NCBI GenBank assembly: GCA_004195025.1
Contig: SGBB01000004.1
Location: forward strand, 53,478 to 117,477
Length of the DNA stretch: 64,000 nucleotides
Origin: Candidatus Acididesulfobacter diazotrophicus
GTDB lineage: Bacteria > SZUA-79 > Acidulodesulfobacterales > Acidulodesulfobacteraceae
Direction: 5' to 3'
The notes below the pieces were generated by a model that was not told where the DNA came from, made no database searches, and was given only the letters and a program-made list of their open reading frames with translations. A program made the translations under genes and the position numbers. Positions 60,807-64,000 of the stretch are shown here, in pieces. Position 1 is the stretch's first letter. Each line of letters opens with the position of its first letter.

Positions 60807-60908
60807 GCGGTAATATGTTAATAAAAAAATTATTATAAAAAATAATTTAACGACAATTTAAATGATAAAAAAAATACTAAATAACCAATAAAAAATCCCC
60901 GCATATGT

Positions 60909-60954
60909 TGAGGAAATTTATTTTGCAATAATTAGGATTTTTTCATTGCAAAAT
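60909..60954. repeat. Left copy of 45/46-nt inverted repeat flanking the small-ORF cassette
   Basis: tgaggaaatttattttgcaataattaggattttttcattgcaaaat matches the reverse complement of 62604-62648 at 42 of 46 positions (3 mismatches, 1 indel) by hand alignment. Confidence 0.8.
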
Positions 60955-60980
60955 CCCCGCCTTTTTATTTTAAATATTTA

Positions 60981-61343
60981 TTAATTATTCTTATATTTTA
61001 TCATAACAGGCGAACCTGCGGAAACATAAAACGGCGGCGGTCCGACTGGAACATAATATGCGGGTCTTTCATAATAAGGATATATGTCATAACCGCTTTT
61101 AATATAATAATTTACTTTTCCGTAAGGAATAAACATTACAGGAGAATGGCTTCCATCAGGGAATATTTCAATAAAATACTTGCTTGATTTTGACGGAGCA
61201 TTATAATTATAAAAATATTGATATTGATTGTTATAGGCTATCTCAGGAGACATCGGCACAATAACACTATTGTAAGCGTAAACTTTTATAGAAAACAGAA
61301 ATAATCCTGATATAATTAATACAGTTAATAATATTTTTTTCAT
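60981..61343 (-). CDS. Hypothetical secreted Tyr/Pro-rich protein
   Basis: 120 aa with signal peptide MKKILLTVLIISGLFLFSIKVYA and a mature part rich in Y, P and N. No family recognised. Confidence 0.55.
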   Translation of the reverse strand: MKKILLTVLIISGLFLFSIKVYAYNSVIVPMSPEIAYNNQYQYFYNYNAPSKSSKYFIEIFPDGSHSPVMFIPYGKVNYYIKSGYDIYPYYERPAYYVPVGPPPFYVSAGSPVMIKYKNN

Positions 61344-61366
61344 AATTAGTCTCTATTGTCTTATAT

Positions 61367-61576
61367 TTATGAAGCGAAGTTAATTTTAATTTCAATTTCC
61401 GGATAAAAATATCTTACAATATCAATCTGTTCCAAATATAATCTGCTGCCGACTTTGCAATCAATTAATCCTTCTTCGCCGTCTGCTTTAGGATTATGTA
61501 AATCTTCTACTCCCGTATTTCCGGTAATTATGAAAACATTTTTTGTAATTTCTTTAATTTCTAATGTTTTTAACAT
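61367..61576 (-). CDS. Hypothetical 69-aa protein
   Basis: ORF spaced 23 nt from the downstream gene in the same strand series. No family recognised. Confidence 0.4.
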   Translation of the reverse strand: MLKTLEIKEITKNVFIITGNTGVEDLHNPKADGEEGLIDCKVGSRLYLEQIDIVRYFYPEIEIKINFAS

Positions 61577-61638
61577 TTAGATACTTGTTTTTTTAAATAA
61601 ATATATTTAATTAAGCTTAATATATTTCATCGGCATTG

Positions 61639-61890
61639 TTACTTATTTTCACCGTTTTTATTTTTAATATTGCCGTTTCCGAATTTAAATAAGTTTTTAT
61701 CTTTTGAATTTTTTATAACTACAAAATATATTATACTTCCTATTAAATTAAACAAGACGACTATTAATAACCATATAATTTTATTAGCCCCGTCCATTTT
61801 GGACTGTTTAACAATATCAATAATGGCTATAATAATTACTATAGCTCCTATAAGCCATAAAATGCCGAAACCGAAAAACATACTGAACAT
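61639..61890 (-). CDS. Small 2-TM protein resembling the PLDc_N (phospholipase-D-nuclease N-terminal) membrane domain
   Basis: GILWLIGAIVIIIAIIDIV...KIIWLLIVVLFNLIGSIIYFVV fits the pattern of stand-alone PLDc_N proteins as I remember it. Confidence 0.5.
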   Translation of the reverse strand: MFSMFFGFGILWLIGAIVIIIAIIDIVKQSKMDGANKIIWLLIVVLFNLIGSIIYFVVIKNSKDKNLFKFGNGNIKNKNGENK

Positions 61891-62220
61891 AATTAACCTC
61901 TTTTTATCTTATTTTTCGTTTATCTTAGCTTAAAATATTAAGCTTTAATTATACTGTTAATGGTGTGTTTTCTATTGCCTTAATTTATATGGCGTTTAAA
62001 TGCCATATAATGCGTTTTAAAGCGTGTTGTTTATAAAGCATTATTTATATAAAAATAAGATAAGGCTTTATAAAGTGCAAATTATCGGTTTATCAAGTTA
62101 TCCTGTCCGATTTATCTCATCTATAGAACAAAACTAATACGTTGATTTATTTTATAAAATTAAATTTTTGAGATGAATAATGTTTTTTGTTTTTAACAAT
62201 ATTATTATGGTTATTTAATT

Positions 62221-62397
62221 TTATTTCGTGTAAACATTTAATCCGATTTTTACTTCTTCCTTGCCGGATACGGATACATTGCCTTCCGTAGAAGCGATAA
62301 TAGTTGACTTGCCGCTGCTTGACTTACCGAATGTTTTAGAAAGATCAACCTTAATTGTTAAAATATCGCCGTTAACGTTCATTTCAATATTTTTCAT
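62221..62397 (-). CDS. Unlisted 58-aa ORF (MKNIEMNVNGDILTIKVDLSKTFGKSSSGKSTIIASTEGNVSVSGKEEVKIGLNVYTK)
   Basis: My own translation. It falls below the ORF-track length cut-off. GGAGA lies 7 nt upstream of the ATG. It is GC-richer than the surrounding spacer and its composition is soluble and non-repetitive. Confidence 0.55.
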   Translation of the reverse strand: MKNIEMNVNGDILTIKVDLSKTFGKSSSGKSTIIASTEGNVSVSGKEEVKIGLNVYTK

Positions 62398-62416
62398 TTG
62401 TATTCTCCATATAAAT

Positions 62417-62566
62417 TTATTTTTTAATTATTTTAACAGATTTATTTAATTTTTTCTTTGAAATATTAAAATGCGGGATAAGCATTAAATCTTTTTTAAA
62501 AGATTTTGCTTTATACCGTCTTAAATCTTCTTTGACATATTTTTCTATTATTTTTTGAATGTCCAT
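62417..62566 (-). CDS. Hypothetical 49-aa basic protein (MDIQKIIEKYVKEDLRRYKAKSF...)
   Basis: This is the likely true start inside track ORF 62417-62626. It is preceded by a TTGCAG-16 nt-TATATT promoter-like string lying in and after the right inverted repeat. It ends 19 nt upstream of the 58-aa ORF. Confidence 0.4.
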   Translation of the reverse strand: MDIQKIIEKYVKEDLRRYKAKSFKKDLMLIPHFNISKKKLNKSVKIIKK

Positions 62567-62603
62567 ATTTATATTATACCTTATAATATACTGGAATATC
62601 TGT

Positions 62604-62648
62604 ATTCTGCAATAAAAAATCCTCATTTTTGCAAAATAAATTTCCTCA
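62604..62648. repeat. Right copy of the 45/46-nt inverted repeat flanking the small-ORF cassette
   Basis: See 60909-60954. Confidence 0.8.
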
Positions 62649-62849
62649 CTATAGATAGGTATTTTTAATTGTTTAATTGTTTAATTAATAAATTTTTTAA
62701 ATTTAAATTATTTTTTAGCTTTATTTTACCCAAATTACAAGCTGATTTAATATTTGGTAATGAGCGGTTTATTTTGCGCTATCATTCGCCAGTCTTTTTT
62801 TCTCAATATAGGCAGATTATTAATTATAATACTGCCTGACTAAAAAAAT

Positions 62850-64000
62850 TTAATCAATTCTATTGTACGAATCTTCTATTCTGACTATATCGTCTTCCTT
62901 TAAATATTCTCCTACTTGCGCTTCAATCAAAACTAAAGGAATAAGTCCGGGATTTTCTAGTCTATGTAAAGAGCCTATAGGAATATATGTTGACTCATTT
63001 GATTTTAACAATATTTTTTTATCATCAACCGTTACAAGCGCGGTACCGCTCGTGACTATCCAGTGTTCTGATCTGTGATAATGCTTTTGTAGAGATAATT
63101 TAGCTTTAGGTTTAACCAATATTTTTTTTATTTTATATGCAGGAGAATCTAATAGTACTGTATATGAACCCCATGGTCTATGCACGGTTAAATGCTGAAA
63201 ATGAAGTTCGGAATTCAGTTCTTTTAATTTTTCAACCACTTTTTTAACATTCTGCGAAGAGCCTCTCTTTGAAATAAGCAATGCATCGTCGGTATCTACT
63301 ATTATTAAGTCTTCAATATCTACTACTGCTATTGTTCTACCCGAAGACAAAATCAAATTTTTTTTAGAATTGACGTTAATAAAAGAACTAATAGAATCTG
63401 AAGAATTTAATTTAGCATTATTATCGGAATCTTTTTCTAATTCGGCATATAAAGAATCAAAACTTCCCATATCGGACCACTTAATATCGGACGGTATTAC
63501 TTTAGTACTGGAAGTTTTTTCCAATAAAGCATAATCAATTGAGTTTTCTTCTATATTTAACATATCTTCCAATTTTATTCTAACGGATGTTAAATCTTTT
63601 TTCGCATTATTGTAAGCATTTTTAGCAGATTCATATAAAGAAGGGCAATATAAGCTAAGTTCATTAAGCAAAACTTCGGGGTTAAATAAAAACATGCCGC
63701 TATTCCAAAAATAGTTATTTTTAGATAAATACGCAAGCGCTGTGTCTTTATCAGGTTTTTCTTTAAAAGAATTTACGCTATAATATGGAGCGTCTTTTGA
63801 AATATTTTCTCCTTCAGTATTTGCTTCTATATAACCATACCCTATTTCAGGATGAGCCGGTTTTATGCCGAATAATACTAAACTATTGTCTTTAGCTAAA
63901 TCTTTTGCCAATTTTATTATATTTTTATAATTGCCGTCATTTTGAATTATATGATCAGACGGAGTTATAAATACAAATCCGCTTTTATGATTTTTAGTAT
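62850..64000 (-). CDS. manC: Mannose-1-phosphate guanylyltransferase / mannose-6-phosphate isomerase (type II PMI, ManC/CpsB); N-terminus beyond the right window edge
   Basis: It has the nucleotidyltransferase part (PSDHIIQND..., FGIKPAHPEIGYGYIE) and a C-terminal cupin (RPWGSYTVL, HYHRSEHWIV). The frame stays open upstream of the track start (a TTG) to position 64000. Confidence 0.85.
   Translation of the reverse strand, partial: TKNHKSGFVFITPSDHIIQNDGNYKNIIKLAKDLAKDNSLVLFGIKPAHPEIGYGYIEANTEGENISKDAPYYSVNSFKEKPDKDTALAYLSKNNYFWNSGMFLFNPEVLLNELSLYCPSLYESAKNAYNNAKKDLTSVRIKLEDMLNIEENSIDYALLEKTSSTKVIPSDIKWSDMGSFDSLYAELEKDSDNNAKLNSSDSISSFINVNSKKNLILSSGRTIAVVDIEDLIIVDTDDALLISKRGSSQNVKKVVEKLKELNSELHFQHLTVHRPWGSYTVLLDSPAYKIKKILVKPKAKLSLQKHYHRSEHWIVTSGTALVTVDDKKILLKSNESTYIPIGSLHRLENPGLIPLVLIEAQVGEYLKEDDIVRIEDSYNRID

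Noticed and set aside
60909-62648. Interpreting the inverted-repeat-flanked small-ORF cassette, or the hairpin family, as integron cassettes with attC sites
   Set aside because: No intI integrase or attI is present. The repeats lack the RYYYAAC/GTTRRRY core sites. The ORFs share one strand with normal spacers and RBSs rather than the one-ORF-per-attC organisation.

Overview
Low-GC (under about 30% by eye), densely coding bacterial chromosomal segment. The left two thirds (1-43 kb) are core genome, almost all on the minus strand. They hold an RND efflux operon (TetR, adaptor, pump) and the conserved RNA/translation cluster rimP-nusA-infB-rbfA-nrnA-truB-rpsO-pnp plus truA. They also hold a type IVa pilus motor/regulator cluster aroE-pilB-pilT-pilC-pilS-pilR, which has a Geobacter-like order but no pilin gene. 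Further core genes are xseB-ispA-dxs-tlyA, a second sigma54 two-component pair, ribF, ubiB and rnr. The right third (43-64 kb) is more mosaic. It has three tRNA genes, a transglutaminase-like protein, cobO, mdh, an OYE reductase, otsB/otsA, an MscS channel, lgt, a LysM-NlpC/P60 hydrolase, several orphan ORFs and the start of manC.

Findings worth a second look:
- A tRNA-Leu(CAA) whose 3' part is duplicated exactly (74 nt). The copies bound an 0.8-kb GC-rich mini-island that carries only a ParE/RelE-type toxin-antitoxin pair and no integrase. Orphan genes lie just outside it.
- A family of GC-rich palindromic/MITE-like intergenic elements (22.0, 25.5, 28.4, 36.0, 43.0 kb). One is inserted between pilT and pilC.
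- A 1.7-kb cassette of five small same-strand ORFs bounded by 45-bp inverted repeats next to tRNA-fMet. Beside it is a 296-bp TIR-bounded element whose 17-nt core recurs upstream of the TA operon.
- A perfect 325-bp tandem duplication inside the LysM hydrolase gene.
- Microsatellites and long perfect AT palindromes.

I found no CRISPR array, rRNA gene, transposase, integrase or reverse transcriptase. All family assignments come from reading the translations by eye; no database search was possible.
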